DNA of 63,497 nucleotides, the filler included, from Perkinsus chesapeaki ATCC PRA-425 (Eukaryota; Protista; Perkinsozoa): assembly GCA_013115145.1 (NCBI GenBank). It is 5 parts of 5 records of this genome, joined end to end, with 100 filler letters (N's around TTAATTAATTAA, not from the genome) between each part and the next. Parts side by side here need not be neighbours in the genome. Positions count along the whole stretch, not along the records: positions 44,753 to 54,681 come from JAAPAO010000919.1; positions 54,782 to 56,199 come from JAAPAO010001972.1; positions 56,300 to 63,497 come from JAAPAO010001043.1; 2 more parts are not named here. One strand, written 5' to 3'. Below are positions 47,558-61,132 of this stretch, piece after piece. A program made the position numbers and the translations under genes. Each line of letters begins with the position of its first letter. Position 1 is the first letter of the stretch. The notes beneath the pieces were generated by a model, which made no database searches, was not told the DNA's origin, and worked only from the letters and a program-made list of their open reading frames with translations.

Positions 47558-48303
47558 ATGACCTTCTCGTCTACTTGGTTGGTCTTCGCTGCTCAAGCTC
47601 TCCCCAGTGCCGTGGCCCAGCCAACACCTGGGAGATATTGCCACGATAATGCCAAGTATAAGCTAAGTAATGCTTCGATATCCATCTAAGTAAGAACGTC
47701 TGGATCGTCTTCCGCAATGGGGAGACCGCGAGGCAGATTACAGAGGGCAGCTTCCCGCTCATTCCATGGGGCGGACAGACTAATACCATCAACTTCGGCG
47801 ACCAAAAAGTACTCTATGATTTGTACAGCAGCATGCGGGACATCTACCCAGAAATAGTCTTTCGTGATGGAGACTTGAAAGCTCTGACTTTCCTCACTGG
47901 CGATACTCTGTATGCCGTGCTCGGCGGGAGAACGCTTGATATGATGAGAGAAGGACTTCCAATAAAAAACGGCATGTTTGTTTACATGGAAGGCGACTAC
48001 CCGTCCCCGAGCCTCCACATAAGCTACACTGTTCACGAGAACGGGCACCTCGATGTACAATTTATATGTACGGATCTAGCAACGCCTGTTGTATCATTCA
48101 CTCTCGCGGGGAACACCTCGGGGGAGTACCTGACGTACGACTTGACCCCTGCTACCAATATTGACAGGCTGAAGCATGGTATACAACTTGTCTGCCCAGG
48201 ACTCCCCATGGACCCCGGTTCCCTGACCGCCGTTACCTTCGCAGCTCCGGGAGTTATTTTCATCTCGCTAAGAGGCACTCGTTATGCCTTAAAAAGAGTC
48301 TGA
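47558..48303 (+). CDS. Secreted two-domain protein of a lineage-specific family, intronless, frameshift near 47665
   Basis: Signal-peptide-like MTFSSTWLVFAAQALPSAVAQPTPGRYC; after a shift it continues CFDIHLSKNVWIVF...into ORF 47821-48303; two similar ~115-aa halves ending in YALKR-type tails (the first half less clearly). Confidence 0.6.
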
Positions 48304-48966
48304 TCTCTGTTTTGGTAACAGAGAGGATATGCGGGGAAATTCCCAGTGGGAACTACCACCATGTGCCTCCTATGTTTACATGTCCAAGTTGGCATATCTC
48401 CCACCTCATTATCTTTCTTCTAGTCGTGTCGACTCTGACCCAAATAGGCTGTGGTTAGCTGCTGTTCTCTTAGATCCATCAGTTGGTTCTAGATGAAGCA
48501 GGTTTTCAGCAAATTTGTGAAAGCATTGTGTTTTCAGTAACGACTATTAGGAGAAGGTAATATTCATTAATGGCTCTATTGATAACGTTTAAACCGTTTA
48601 TGCTGGGCCGGAATGCGGATCCTGATCCACGCGTGATGCTGAGAAAAGATCACGCAATGATTTTCTGACGCGAACCTGATCTTTTAGCTCGGATCAATTA
48701 ATTTGGGATCATGTAGCAGGATCATAGATCATCCGGATGATCTGCGGATCACAGCACCTACAGGGCGCATTGTCAAGGGCGCACTACTCCTTTCTTCCGC
48801 AATCTCGTATATGAGATACTTATAATGGACGGAAGAGTCGACAAATCGATCATGTTCACGCGCCGAATCATATACTCAGCGCAACACTTCAGACTCAGGA
48901 TGAATCATTGAGTGAATAAATTAATCCATGATAATGTACCAAATCTTCAATTTTACTCGAATCAGG

Positions 48967-51900
48967 TCAGTTCACATCAGATCTTCGAGAGCTTCGATCG
49001 GCGCTCTTAAGCTGCTCTAGAGTCCGCCGAGTTTTGTCCAGTTGCACGCTAACAGCCCTGCTGATTTCTGATCGCCCCGCGCCTGTCAACGAAGCCCTGC
49101 AATGGTGCACAGCCTCAGGCGGCGCACTCAGGGCCACCGAATGACTCAGGGACGCCGCGCTTCGAGGCGGTTGGTCCGCTGAAAACCGAGCCCTCCTCGG
49201 TGGAGTTCTAGGAGACATTCTGCTCGCACCGTTTCCTGCTTGATAAACCATAATTCTACATCGCAAGTTAGACTCACCCCGATTAGGGACAGGCGATTGA
49301 GTGAATCGCGGTGAAATCTCCGCGGCGACGGAGGCCATCGGACTTCTAGGGGTCGCCTTCGGACTCCGTGCAGCAGAGACAGAGAGCCGCGGACTCCTCA
49401 CCACAGACCCGCTGAAGCTCTTCCCCACAGAAAGACGAGGGCTCCCCGTTATCGACTTGGTCATATCTGACAAGGAAATGAGCCTGGCCGCTTAACGAAA
49501 AGTTGTCACCTATTCCATGGCGGCCTGCTGTCTGTGAGATCATACGATACAGAGAGTCCCGGCTCTCTCGCGCTTTCCGAGCTTGCCCCTTCAAATGCTC
49601 GAGCTCTTCGTTCTGTTCGCTCAGAGCCTTCTTAAGACGTGACACCTCGCTGCTTCTCCGCTGGCTAAGCTTAGCCGCCTGAAACCAAGATGGTCCTATC
49701 CCCAGCATGGAGCTGCCAGCCCACTTCCTCTTCTCTCGCCTGCAATTTATGTTTATCATCCTCGAGGTGCTTCTCAGCAGTATCTAGTGCCTAACACCAT
49801 TCATGCTTTTGACCGGCCGCCGGTGCATTCGGTATTCATTCACTCTGCGCATCGACTGGACTTCGTTTGCCAGCTCCCGCTTCTCTTCCAATACCCGAGA
49901 TAGATCCTTCTCCACCACGTGCAGTTGCTCCCTAAGCCCGTCCTGCGAAGACACCGTTGCAATATATACAGCATCAAGATTCCCCTACCTTTTCCTTCTC
50001 CAGCCTCTCCTTCTGTCTAGCTGCAGTTTCGACTCCACTCGACGCACTCTTTTGCTCCTCCTTGAACCTTTCCTCGCATCGACGTTTAAAGGCAGCCGTG
50101 CGATGCCTGAGCGAACGTCCACCTTAACATTCCTCCTCACTAACAACAGCCGGCCTCCTCACGCTGCCTCCTCGCTGACTCTGATAACTTCCTCCTCAAA
50201 ATGCCGCCTCAGCTGCAGCATTTCCGTCTGTAATTCATCGATCTCTGCTCGCAGGACATCCTTTGTTTCCTTCACTGCAGCGGCAATCTAATGCAGAACG
50301 CATCAACCTTCCTCGCGCACTTCCACAAATCATCGGTGCTCAGTCCTCACTAGTTCTCACCTTCTCATTAAACTCTACTTGTGCATCTTCAGCGGACTTC
50401 ACCATCTCTTTGCACCGCGCTTCCATCAGCCGCTCCCTACAGGAGCTAATGCCCACAAGCCTCTTCAATTGCTCACCTTTCCAACGCCGCCTCTAGCTCC
50501 ACAGATCGCTCGGTAGCCATAGTCTCCAGACTAGATCGCATCGACCTACTCTCAGCAATATCCAGGAGCAATACCACCGAGCTCCTTACGTTTGGTTTTT
50601 CAATTCTGCCTCAGCCTTCTTACACCGATAATCCAGCTCTATGCAGCTCGCAGCTAAACTGTCTGCCTCTCCCTGAGACCAGGCCTAGCCAGAGGCGCTG
50701 CCATTCCGACTAACCTGAGCCTCTCGCAGCATTGCTGTGATTCTTCTAGTGATAAGACCATCGTAGCGGGAAAGGACATGACGGAAGCTGTCACCTGTAC
50801 AGTTCTCACAAAAATTGAGCTGTGCTTAAAGTGTTACTTTTCCCCAGAGCGTCTGCTAGCTCTTCTCCCATCCTTTCCTTTTCTGGTATTTTTATTATTC
50901 TATCCATCATCCCAACCATACCAGCAATATGTTCTCGAGCAGCCTAAGGATTGCATTCACTTGAATAGCAACCAACACCCCACAGATATCTCGGATCTCA
51001 ATGCAGATTCTCTCGACCTAGCATCTGTTAACTCCTCGCTCTTCTCTTCAACCGATGCTCTCGATGCCTGACGCCACTCCGCCTCACCAAAGCAGGCTGC
51101 CTCACCTCCAGCTCCTCCTTTAATTTCTCAGCTCGACCTTTCGACTCCTCCAGTCTCGTCGACATGTCCTTCAGCAGCACCGCATGCCGTGTCAGCTGTA
51201 GGTGCGTTGCCGACCCATACTCGCTCGCCAGCTCCCTCAATCTCGTCCCAACCCAGTCTAAGATACACACTCCATCCGCGGCGTGTCTTCATCTTACCGC
51301 TAGTCCGGTTGATAATCGTAGCTGTATCCGAGCGTAGTGTTAGAAGTTCCGACCTCAGCCGCCTTGCTTGATCATCCAATCTGACAGCACGACGCTACCA
51401 AACAGCAAAACGTTGTCGATGCAGCCCACTTCGTTACGGCTGTTCTTGCCGCTCCATTCAGCTTGAACGACTTCGTCCTCTCAACCTGCTTAGAATGGCC
51501 TGTAGAGAGCTGGGAAGTTCCCAACCAATCCAAGCATCAAATATGTCACCAAACTTGGCCGCGCACTGCTACTCGTGGGTGACCCTGCGCCCCAGTAGAA
51601 ATGCGTTCCATGTTTCTAATAATCTTTGGGACAACTCACTTTCAAGCCCCGAAGTTCGAGGACCACAAACTCTAATAACCGTTAATTTCCGTACGGCTAA
51701 CAACACCCCAATTCCCCAACCTCGCCATCCCTCTGTAGGGCCTGAAGCTGCCTATGATATTCTATCTTCTCGTGCTCCAGCTCCATCACAGTATCCCGTA
51801 ACGAGGCAACTTCACCCCTAGACAACAACACTCCCTCTCCTGCCAGTTGCAGTATCGCTCACTTCAATCGAGAGTTGTCCTGTAAGACCTTCTCCGCGTC

Positions 51901-54441
51901 GCTGTGCGTCTGGCGCAGCCTCAAAACCTCCGCCTTCAGCCCGTCCACCTCTTGCCCTTGCCGATGCTCCATTCTGCCCAAACACCATTCATATAGTATC
52001 CCTCAATTTTTCCCGACCGTTGCAGTCTCGAAACTTCCCCCTGGTACTGCAACCCACGGTTCATCTCCACAGTGTACATCGACCTGAGCAATGCGGCTGG
52101 GCGAGCACTCTCTTCGCTCGCTCGACTTGTTCTTTTCCAGCTCGTCCGTCACTTCGTCAATTTTCCTTTCCGCACGCTGTCGCTGCTGGTCAACTTTCTC
52201 CAGCCTGCTCACCAGTCATCCACTTAGATCGGCGGGATAACTACTTCTCCGCTAACGTAGTTATGTGTTCCTGCAACTGCCGCCTTTCCTCCTTCAACTG
52301 ACCATTCTCCCTCTTCAGTTCGTCCTTCTGCTTGTCCAGATCCTTTACCCCGTCTCGGATGCGGTCCATCGCTTTCGACGTTTCGTTCTGACGAAGGTTG
52401 CCTGCATACCTCCCGGCAAAAACATGTAAAAATTCCTGGGGACACAAACGGTCTTCCTCATGATCACTGAAAATCCGATTTCGTGGCGCAGTCTACTTGA
52501 CCACTCCGTCCCTATTCTGCTGTATGATGAACCTGTCTACTCGAAGCGTGACCCATAACCCCGCCGTGAACGACTTTTGGACCATATGCCGCCTGTGTGG
52601 TAAGACAACGGTGAAGTTGAGAATCACATGAAGCGTGGGCTCGTCGAAAGTCAGCACTGAACCCAAAATTCATATGGCCTCCCAGCCACGAAATATTCTA
52701 CATGAAAACTGGGCAACCGAAATTCAAATATTGTATCAGAATTTATCAATATTGGCGCCCTCAGTCATTTTCATCGAAGAAGAATGTTCCACTCAATCTC
52801 AAGGAGGATCTCTCCCGCCGCGCACGGGTTTCCGGAACTCTCCTCGGTAAAGGGCAACACATGCACTCTATCGAGCAGCTTCGTGTGCCAAGTCGCAAGT
52901 CTCAGGGGAACTTCTTACCTTTTGCTGCTGCATTTTATTGTCAAGTCGATGCTTCCACTGCTCGTCCAGCATACGCTCCCTCTCCTCCAGTTGCATCGCT
53001 GCCTGATGCCTAAAAACGTTAAAATATATACAGAGAAATGGTCCAGGTGTGGCGGGTGTGCCGAAGGGAGCAGAGACAGGGCACATTCACCGAGATTCAG
53101 AACGTCTTATCTTACTAGGAAGACCCCCAAAAAATGACATTGAAGCCTTTTCCTTGTCGGAAGTGATGTTACTGCTGTAGCTAGACAGCCCTCCAGCCTC
53201 ACCTTATATCCGCAACAATCTGCTCGTGTGTTCTAGACGGTAACATATCCTCCCGGCTCATCTCTGCCACTGCCTTCTCCTTCCTAACATCTCCATTCTC
53301 TCAGTCATAACCATCATCAATCTCACGATGCCCGCTCGTCCTCTACCATCCTCATCAGCCGGTCGACCTCTCTGTCTCGATCCCTTGTCTTCATTTGCTC
53401 TCGAGACAGCGTATCCTTCAGCTGCTCCAATTCGTTGTTGCTCTTCTGCAGTTTATTTTTATACCGCTCCGCCTTCTCTCGCATCATCTTCACCTGTTAG
53501 CGGATAAGATTTCGCTTACTGCACCCCTCTGGAACTGGTCCGACCTCCTCCTCTAATTGCCTCGTTAGCTCTTTGGTATGTTCCTCTTCACTTTCCATTA
53601 TTCTCTCAAATCTCTCCCCAACTGTCATGTACCTCGATAGCATCATAATATAATATTTACATTACAACATTAGTATCTTTACCGTTCCTTCAACTCTGTA
53701 TTCTCTCGGCATATCTCATCAAGTTCCATCCGTAACTGAGATGTCTGAACCTCAGCGCCCGCCAGACGATCCTCCGCCGAGTGCAACGCTCTCGCCAACG
53801 CAGTCCGCTCCCGAGACTCGTTCTGAAGTCCCGAATTAGCAAGACCCTCCCAGCGCAACCATGCTTACCTGGAGCCTCAGCTCGACGTCCCTCAAATCTC
53901 TCCGAAGCCGCTCTATCTCCTTCCCTCGCGCCTCCACTTCCCTATTGGCCGCTGCTGCCCTTCCAGCCTGCTCCCTAATGGATACAGCATACAGCACAAA
54001 CTGTCCCGCTAGCTCGTCGCTACTCCTCTCTCTTCTTGGTATCCTCTTTCACACGTTCAATCTGTTGCATCGCTTCTTCATACCGTTTTTGCCATTCTCT
54101 CGTCTACAATCCTGGAGTACCCCTCGTGAACCCTGTTGCCCACCTCACCTCGCCTTCGGCCTTCTCCTTATAACCCCGTGCCTCCTCCGCTTCTCGGCTA
54201 CGCTCCGCCTCCAGATTCTGGCACTTCTCTCACAGTCTACCTCCCCCCGCAGTTGCCTCACCTCGAGGTCTATTCGCAAGTCCTGTTCGATCTGTCTCTG
54301 GTCAGCCAACCGTTTCACCAAAGAGTCTATCTGAGCCTCTCTTTCCGCTGCCATGGCAGAGTCCGCTGCTGCCCTCGAAGCATGATGACCCGAGGAACGT
54401 CTTGCGTGGGAGGATAGCGAGCCGGCCGATGCAGGCCTCAT
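48967..54441 (-). CDS. Large multi-exon coiled-coil protein
   Basis: Start MRPASAGSLSSHARRSSGHHASRAAADSAMAAEREAQIDSLVKRL; many E/K/R/L-rich heptad exons with gt/ag ends; S/P/R-rich terminal exon 48967-49473. Could be two genes. Confidence 0.6.
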
Positions 54442-54781
54442 CAACAAAAAACAGCAACGCCTTCTACTATCCACCGAACTCGATTTCCACCAGCTGTAAG
54501 ATGTAGTTCCAAAGATGTTTCTAGCGGAGATATGTAGCAAAGAATCTTCGTAACCGGCTGTCCTTAATGAAAACCGTGGTATCACATCCGTTCCTATTCA
54601 GGTAGACGTGTTGTAGATGCATGACGTTTGTATATCTGTGATACTTCGCTTCGCTCATGCGAGCGCGGTTTCATTTCCGTTNNNNNNNNNNNNNNNNNNN
54701 NNNNNNNNNNNNNNNNNNNNNNNNNTTAATTAATTAANNNNNNNNNNNNNNNNNNNNNNNNNNNNNNNNNNNNNNNNNNNN

Positions 54782-56164
54782 ATTGATTGTAGCTTGGCAT
54801 GTATGACATTGTTTGGTGAGCTTGTTGATCTCGTCGGCAACGTTGGGCCATGATATCTTGAATGCACGAACACGCTTGTTGACAGTTGTAGCACCTTCAT
54901 GTCCGTAGTCATGATGTAGTTGATGTAGTAGTTGTTGTCGTTCATTTTTATTGACGGTAGCACCTGTCCGCAGAATTTCAAGCAGTGATGTATCAAGAGG
55001 TGGGCAAGTAGTAGTTGGTAAGGATAGGGGGGTGGTAGTTGAGGTAGTTCGTGGATGTTTAGCACTCGGCAAGGTAGTTACTGAGGCAGGTCGTTTGATA
55101 GCCATTAATGATAGGGTGGTATTTGTAGTTGTAGGCGGGAAATTAATATCATTATAGTGGTCGTTGTTAGTGAGGAGAGCTAGCAGAGGATGGCGGGTAT
55201 AAACATCGGCTCTGTTACTCGGGCCAGTGCAGTGTAAGATAGTGAATCGTCCTAAATTGTCATCAGTTATGTCTTGTAGATAGCGTAGAGTCTTGAGCAG
55301 ATGGATAGTTTGTTTCCCATGAACTGAAGATACACGTTGGTTTAGCACAATAGATTGAGCAGCCGTGTTGTCAGTGTAGATGGTGATGTGGTTGAAGTGC
55401 ACTCGGCGGTCAATTTCCATGCGGCGAAGAGTCTCGATGGCAAAGGCGATACCATGAAGCTCCTTAGTGTTGGTGTGGTAGAGGTCTTTGGCTCGAGGTG
55501 ATAGGACTTGCTGGCGGAGTAAGACTGGTTGATCTTTTTGGTAGGCTACTAGAGCAATGCAATAGGCTGATGCATCTGTATAAATCTTGATGGGGATGTT
55601 GACGTCAATATGGCGTTGTAGGACGGGTAGTTCGGAGTTGGAGCAGAGGTCAAGAAAGGACTTGATGAGAGCGATGAGAGATTTGTCAGCAGGCGCATCC
55701 CAGTGAGTATTGTTAGCAGCGACAGCAATTCGGGACTGTAGTAAATTTTTGCAGGGCTCAACAAAGGGTGGTAATAAGTCGGGCTGATGAGTTATAAGAG
55801 CGACCACAGAGAGTAGGTCTCGTAGAGTAGGTTCTGGAGGTAGAGTCGTGTTGAGTAGTTTTTGCCATCTGTCGTGAGAGTAGGAGATGTATTTAGCGCC
55901 ATCGGAGAGTGTAACTCCATAGAATGTAGCTTCGTCTTCGTCAGCAAAGTCTTCGGTAGTCAAGGGGAGACCTTGGGGTGCAGTATACTGGTTGAGGTCG
56001 AAGAAGTCGTCTTGGTGTTGTGCTAGTTGTGCTAGGTCATCTACATAATGTATGTGTTTGATCGTAGACTTATCGGTCGGTAATGTAGCAAGTGTATAGC
56101 GGACACAGAAATCCAAGATAAGTGAGCTAAGCGTCATACCATAGGGCATGAATTTGAACATCAT
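54782..56164 (-). mobile_element. LTR-retrotransposon pol fragment (RT C-terminus, RNase H, integrase zinc finger), bounded by gaps
   Basis: MPYG, YVDDL, IYTDAS, KELHGI, TDN, NRADVYTR, HHDYGH...CHTC. Confidence 0.9.
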
Positions 56165-56299
56165 AAGTTTAGTAGTAGTTGCAGTAGAGTTAGGGTAGTN
56201 NNNNNNNNNNNNNNNNNNNNNNNNNNNNNNNNNNNNNNNNNNNTTAATTAATTAANNNNNNNNNNNNNNNNNNNNNNNNNNNNNNNNNNNNNNNNNNNN

Positions 56300-56854
56300 A
56301 AAGGCAGATATACTGAAACCTACATAACTTATCATCATAGCTCGTCATGCCTAGTGGGCACACGACATCAGTTGCATTCACAGTAGACTTGGGAGAACGA
56401 TCATTATGAGTCACAGCGGCGTGTGTAACTCTATTTTGAGAACTAGGGCAATCATCATAGAACTTCCCATTCTGAAAAGCAAACACTTGCACGTCTCAGC
56501 AGTCTAAAATGCCTGTTTACAGTAGGGAGAAGATCAGACTCTTGTCCGTTTTTACAAGGAAGCCTCTGAATGGACGATCGGATTGAACAGCTACGCGAAC
56601 GGTTCCATTAGTGTTGACGGCCATGATAGAGAAGCCCTGAATTGGATGGTTGGACCACTTCATACCGATTATGTATTTGTACAGAATTATCGTTAGATAG
56701 CTGTGCTCCTGGGCCATGGCCCAGTGGTCCCTGGCAACTTCCAGCTCCGCTGGGGAACCCATTGGCTGTATCTGAGAAGTCGTCGTTAGGTAACTAACAC
56801 GCGGATCGTCTTACCCGTGAGAAAGCAGACGCACAATAGACTAGTGATGAACAT
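56300..56854 (-). CDS. Reeler-domain secreted protein (5' part, cut by gap)
   Basis: Signal peptide MFITSLLCVCFLT| then ANGFPSGAGSC...GHG, TVRVAVQSDRPFRGFLVK, AAVTHNDRSPKSTV, matching the Reeler consensus. Confidence 0.7.
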
Positions 56855-57129
56855 AGAGGCTTCGGCAATCAACGAATAACAACTTCGCTGTATATAATGA
56901 AACGCCTGCGTATGCGTGCCCCATTCGCACAAAAGCTTGTCGTGCGATACAGCACTGCTTCCGCTGTTCGGAGCCCCCAATGCAAGGCTTTGAAGCCTCT
57001 GCTCAATGGAGCGAGAGATCCTCTCAGAGCGGAGCAGTGGTTATGCAAATGTTAATGAGAGGGAAACTAATTCTGATCCTCAAGTCCGACGATTATCCAC
57101 TGAGCGTCCCCGTCTAATTCGTCCATGCC

Positions 57130-60100
57130 CAATGGAATTGGCGAGCGACGTGTGTTGCCCATCGTGTCTCTCTCAGGTCCGTCCCGCTGCAAACTGAAGA
57201 GAGATATTTCGCTATTGGCTTCTGGCATGACTGCTCAATTGCTTCTACTAGCATGCTTTGAGTGTTTACATCTCGAGGCGGGCAAGCGAGGTGGAGTACT
57301 CCGCAACGGCTCCCTACAGATTGTGCCATAGCGGTCGGGGTTAAGAGACTGTCAAGGGGTATAGCATCTGCGCGTTAGTATTTGCCCACACGTCAGCAGT
57401 AACTATCCATCAGGCGTAAGCGAATCCCATTTCGATCATACTAAAGAAGAGCAGGTGGAATTCGGAGGGTGAACTAGTGGAGCAGGCATTGAAACCTCAC
57501 TGTCCTGAGCCTTCTCCGAGGCAATACAGTAAAGAGAGTAGTTCCCGGTTGGAGATGTTGATCATCCGACGAGATACATTACTATTCTTAGCACTTCAAA
57601 GCCGACGACCCTCATATTCGGCGAAGGATTCCTTTCAGAGTAGGCATTCTCCTTGGTGAAGGAGCGGAGACATGCATATCCCGTCACTGGTCGGGGGAGA
57701 TCCTCGTTGAGTTAGGCGCTGCATAACACCCGAGCTATCTGCACACCCTTCCGATGCTTCAGACTTATAACTCATAGCCTTGGCGGCTCCTTTCTCTGTG
57801 CCTTTTGCGTCCATTGTATGAGAATCGCCGATCGGATAATGCTACCCGCTTGAAAGCAGTTGTGTTACTAGTGAAGGGCTCCGGTCTGTGACGCGGTTTT
57901 CTTATCATCATACGGCATTCTACTGGTTCTACTGGGGCAGTTGTAGCTTCGCCTTCTAGCACCCTTGTAAGGCATATCTTTGTACTCAACACTAATGAGA
58001 TACATTAAGCCAATTATGCATGACAAAAGCCACACGTTAAGGTGGTCTTAAACGGTCGGCATGTGAACAGTGTACGGATAAATATAAAGTCGACCTAACT
58101 CGGTATCATATTGATTCCCGAACTTTCCGTTCTCGGGCGCTCCGGGCCGCACGCTGGTGGCTAACCTTAGCCTCGAGGACTCCATGCAAACGTTCTTCGG
58201 TCTTGAGGAAACTGCCGATATGCATGAAGCCTCCACCAATGCGCACCTGTTAAGCTAGTAGTGTCTCGTTATTTCCAAAGGGGATGCCTCACCATTGGCT
58301 TGTCGTTCTTCATGGCAACCACTACTCTCTTCTGTCCGTATTTATAAACACCTTTGCTAATCTTCTCGAACTCATGCCGAGTATGCGGGCTCTCTGGGCT
58401 TGAAAGGTATCTGGACACATCAGATTGAGGTGCGTCGGCTACATAATGCTCTACATCCGCAAGCTTTCATCTAACATGTCGGTAGATTCCGGTACCGGTG
58501 CAGACACGGGACTCCTCGCACCTGAGTCGCAGTCCGGGCTGAGTCCAAAGCCTTTAGCTTACCTCGGGAAGGTCGTGCTGTATGAGGAACTCCGAAGTTG
58601 CCAACACTCTTCGAGAGCCTGAGGATGGTCGTCGGGTGATGTAAGGCAGTATGGTGTTTACCCAAACCCCGGGGTGCTCTTAGGCAACGGTCGTGCAGTA
58701 TTCGGGCCGATTAAAGACGGTTCATTTTCGTCGCACGCGGCTCGGACCAGTTGATCGAGCTTTTTCTGTAACAGAGAGCTGGAAGCCTCCATCTGCCTCG
58801 AACGCTTCATTGTATCGCGAGCCGCAGCCAACCTGATGTAACCTATCAGATTCTTAGTCTGCGATTTCGTACTTTGACTGGGTCTCCGCTGACTCTTTGG
58901 GTTCCAATTCCACAGAATCATCCAGACGCCGACTTGTCAGCTTACCCTTCACCTCTCGTGAGGTCGGATTGAATCGGAGCCTCACTGGGCCATGGTACCG
59001 TGCTGTCTCTGCTGCTCGAGCGGTCAGTGCTTGCTGGCACGAAGATGCTGCCGCAGTCGATTGGCTGCGGGAAAATCTCTTCTCTAACCGTGGAGATCGT
59101 TTCATTCTAGCCACTCCTTCGCCCGCTGGGAATGTCAACATGACCCCACCTGAGGCCTTCTTGACCTCTGCCCCCGGACATTCTAGTGCTGCTGCTTCAA
59201 CAGCGGACACAGGTTTGGCAAGTGGTGGAGAACTAGTGTACTCTTGCGGAGCCTGGTACTCCGACAAGCCTGCTAGGCGAAGCTTCGGCACAAACGGGGA
59301 GGATAGCTGCAAGCCGCCTTCGTGGCCATCCTTCGGTAGATTATGGCAAGCAGCCCCGCCAAAAGACACCGTATCACAGGCGACCCCGCAATGAGCCACA
59401 GATTGAACGGCGGCATCTGACTTAGTCTCAGATGGTGTGTCCAGGAGTTGCCCTTGACTCAAAGCATGAGATGGGTCGACGGTATCGACGCCCGCATCCA
59501 CAGTGCCCTGTTGTGGATCCAAGACAGCATTCATAGGAATGGCTGATGTCCTGGTTTGTGCCGGGGAGGATGCTTCGGGAAATAGAATAGGTAGCTGTTT
59601 ACGCTGAAAGCTGCCATGGCGCGATAATGCAGGACGGAGCGGAGACTCCGCGTTGAAGAATAGATTCGATCCGAAGCCAGCCAGTGATGCAGAGGAGAAC
59701 TCTAGTGAGCTGGTCGTTCGAAAACGGCTCTGTTGGGCCCCAGGCATCTCATCCTTCGATGGCTGGCCATCGATGGCTCCATGTGACAGGTGTGAGCCAA
59801 GCACTTCTCCCTGGGTTGAGATGGTAGAGCTGGTCAGGTCGACAACGCTGGTGCAAGGAGCTTTGTAATCATGATGGTGTTCTATGGTGTCGGTCACAGC
59901 CCCATCGGGGTTAACTGGTTGAGGTAGAGTTAGCTCCGGCGAGGAGCCTTCGTCGCCAACAACTGAGTGCTCCGATTCTACTGGGGTAAGCGGCGGGCTG
60001 CCTCCAGATGCGATAGAACAATCGTCAGCGGCAGTAGGAGTCTCATGGAGGGTCTCCACTGGCAAGGGACTTGGAGCTACAATCTCCGTGCCCCACTTGT

Positions 60101-60849
60101 TGGTCGATGCTGGAGATGCGCTTGATAAATCTCCGGCTTCTGGCGTGTGTGGAGCCTTCTTGAAACACCGAGGGGTTAATGATATCTGCCCAAACTGTGG
60201 TGCCTCGTTTGTCTCTTTTTGGTCTGAACTCCTCGAGGTGGAGTGAACTTCATAACTCTTTACCTAGCCGCGAAGCTACGTCTTTATCGCAGTAATAGGT
60301 GCAACTAACCAGCGTGTTGAGGTAGTTCATGGTTTCCTCCTGTTCTCTGACGAGATACCTCAACTTGTCCCTTTCCTCGGTAACTCGTCTAAGGTCAGTA
60401 CCAAACATCTGCCTCAGTGTCTGCATGAGCCGCATACATGCCATCAGCACCGGACTCAGATGCGCTTACCTCTACTTCCCTTCGTAATGCTGCATTCTCC
60501 CTCTCTAAGACCACTACTTGGTGATCCTGGCTATCAAGCTGTCTTTGCAGCTCACTACAACATCGTATATCCTACACAATCGCTGAGTCTGCTCAGTCTA
60601 TCAGCGAGGGCTTGCCTGAACTAGCTCTTCCAGGCTACCAAGGATATGGCCGAGCCCGAATCGATTTTGCAGGGTTAAGATCTACAAAGCAGTATGATAG
60701 TGAATGGCGTCAAGGTAAAACGGCAGCCCTACTCGATCCTTAAGGTACTCTACAGTAGCTTCTTTTTCTTGTAAGGTTTTCCTTAGCCTTGCGGTCGCCA
60801 GTGCTTCTTCATTTTGGGATACCACTTCACCCGATGAGACGCCCTCCAT
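57130..60849 (-). CDS. Hypothetical protein: N-terminal coiled coil plus large S/P-rich exon (58854-60065); 3' end uncertain
   Basis: MEGVSSGEVVSQNEEALATARLRKTLQEKEATVEYLKDR|gtagg; exon DLRRVTEERDKLRYLVREQEETMNYLNTL; 403-aa open exon. Confidence 0.55.
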
Positions 60850-61132
60850 TGAGATACGAACTGCTCTTGGTCGGGCTCTATTGATTACTCTCTCGGTTAA
60901 TTTACCACACACTTGTCCAAGTTGTATTGGAAACGCGATACAGTAGTGAACAAAGGTGATGGACCGTTTTAGTGCATCAACAGTATGCATAGGAACACGG
61001 TAGAGAATCACGATGACTGCTGCTGCCCCGCCTTGGCCTGCTGCTCCGCTGCCTCCAGTTCCTCCGCGTAGGCCAGGGTGGCTGTGCCGTTCCTGAGGAG
61101 ATGTCGTATAATAGGGATCGTTGCTGAGGCGC

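Noticed and set aside
49803-54417. Many plus-strand S/L/P-rich ORFs
   Set aside because: Antisense shadows of the E/K/R-rich coiled-coil exons on the minus strand.
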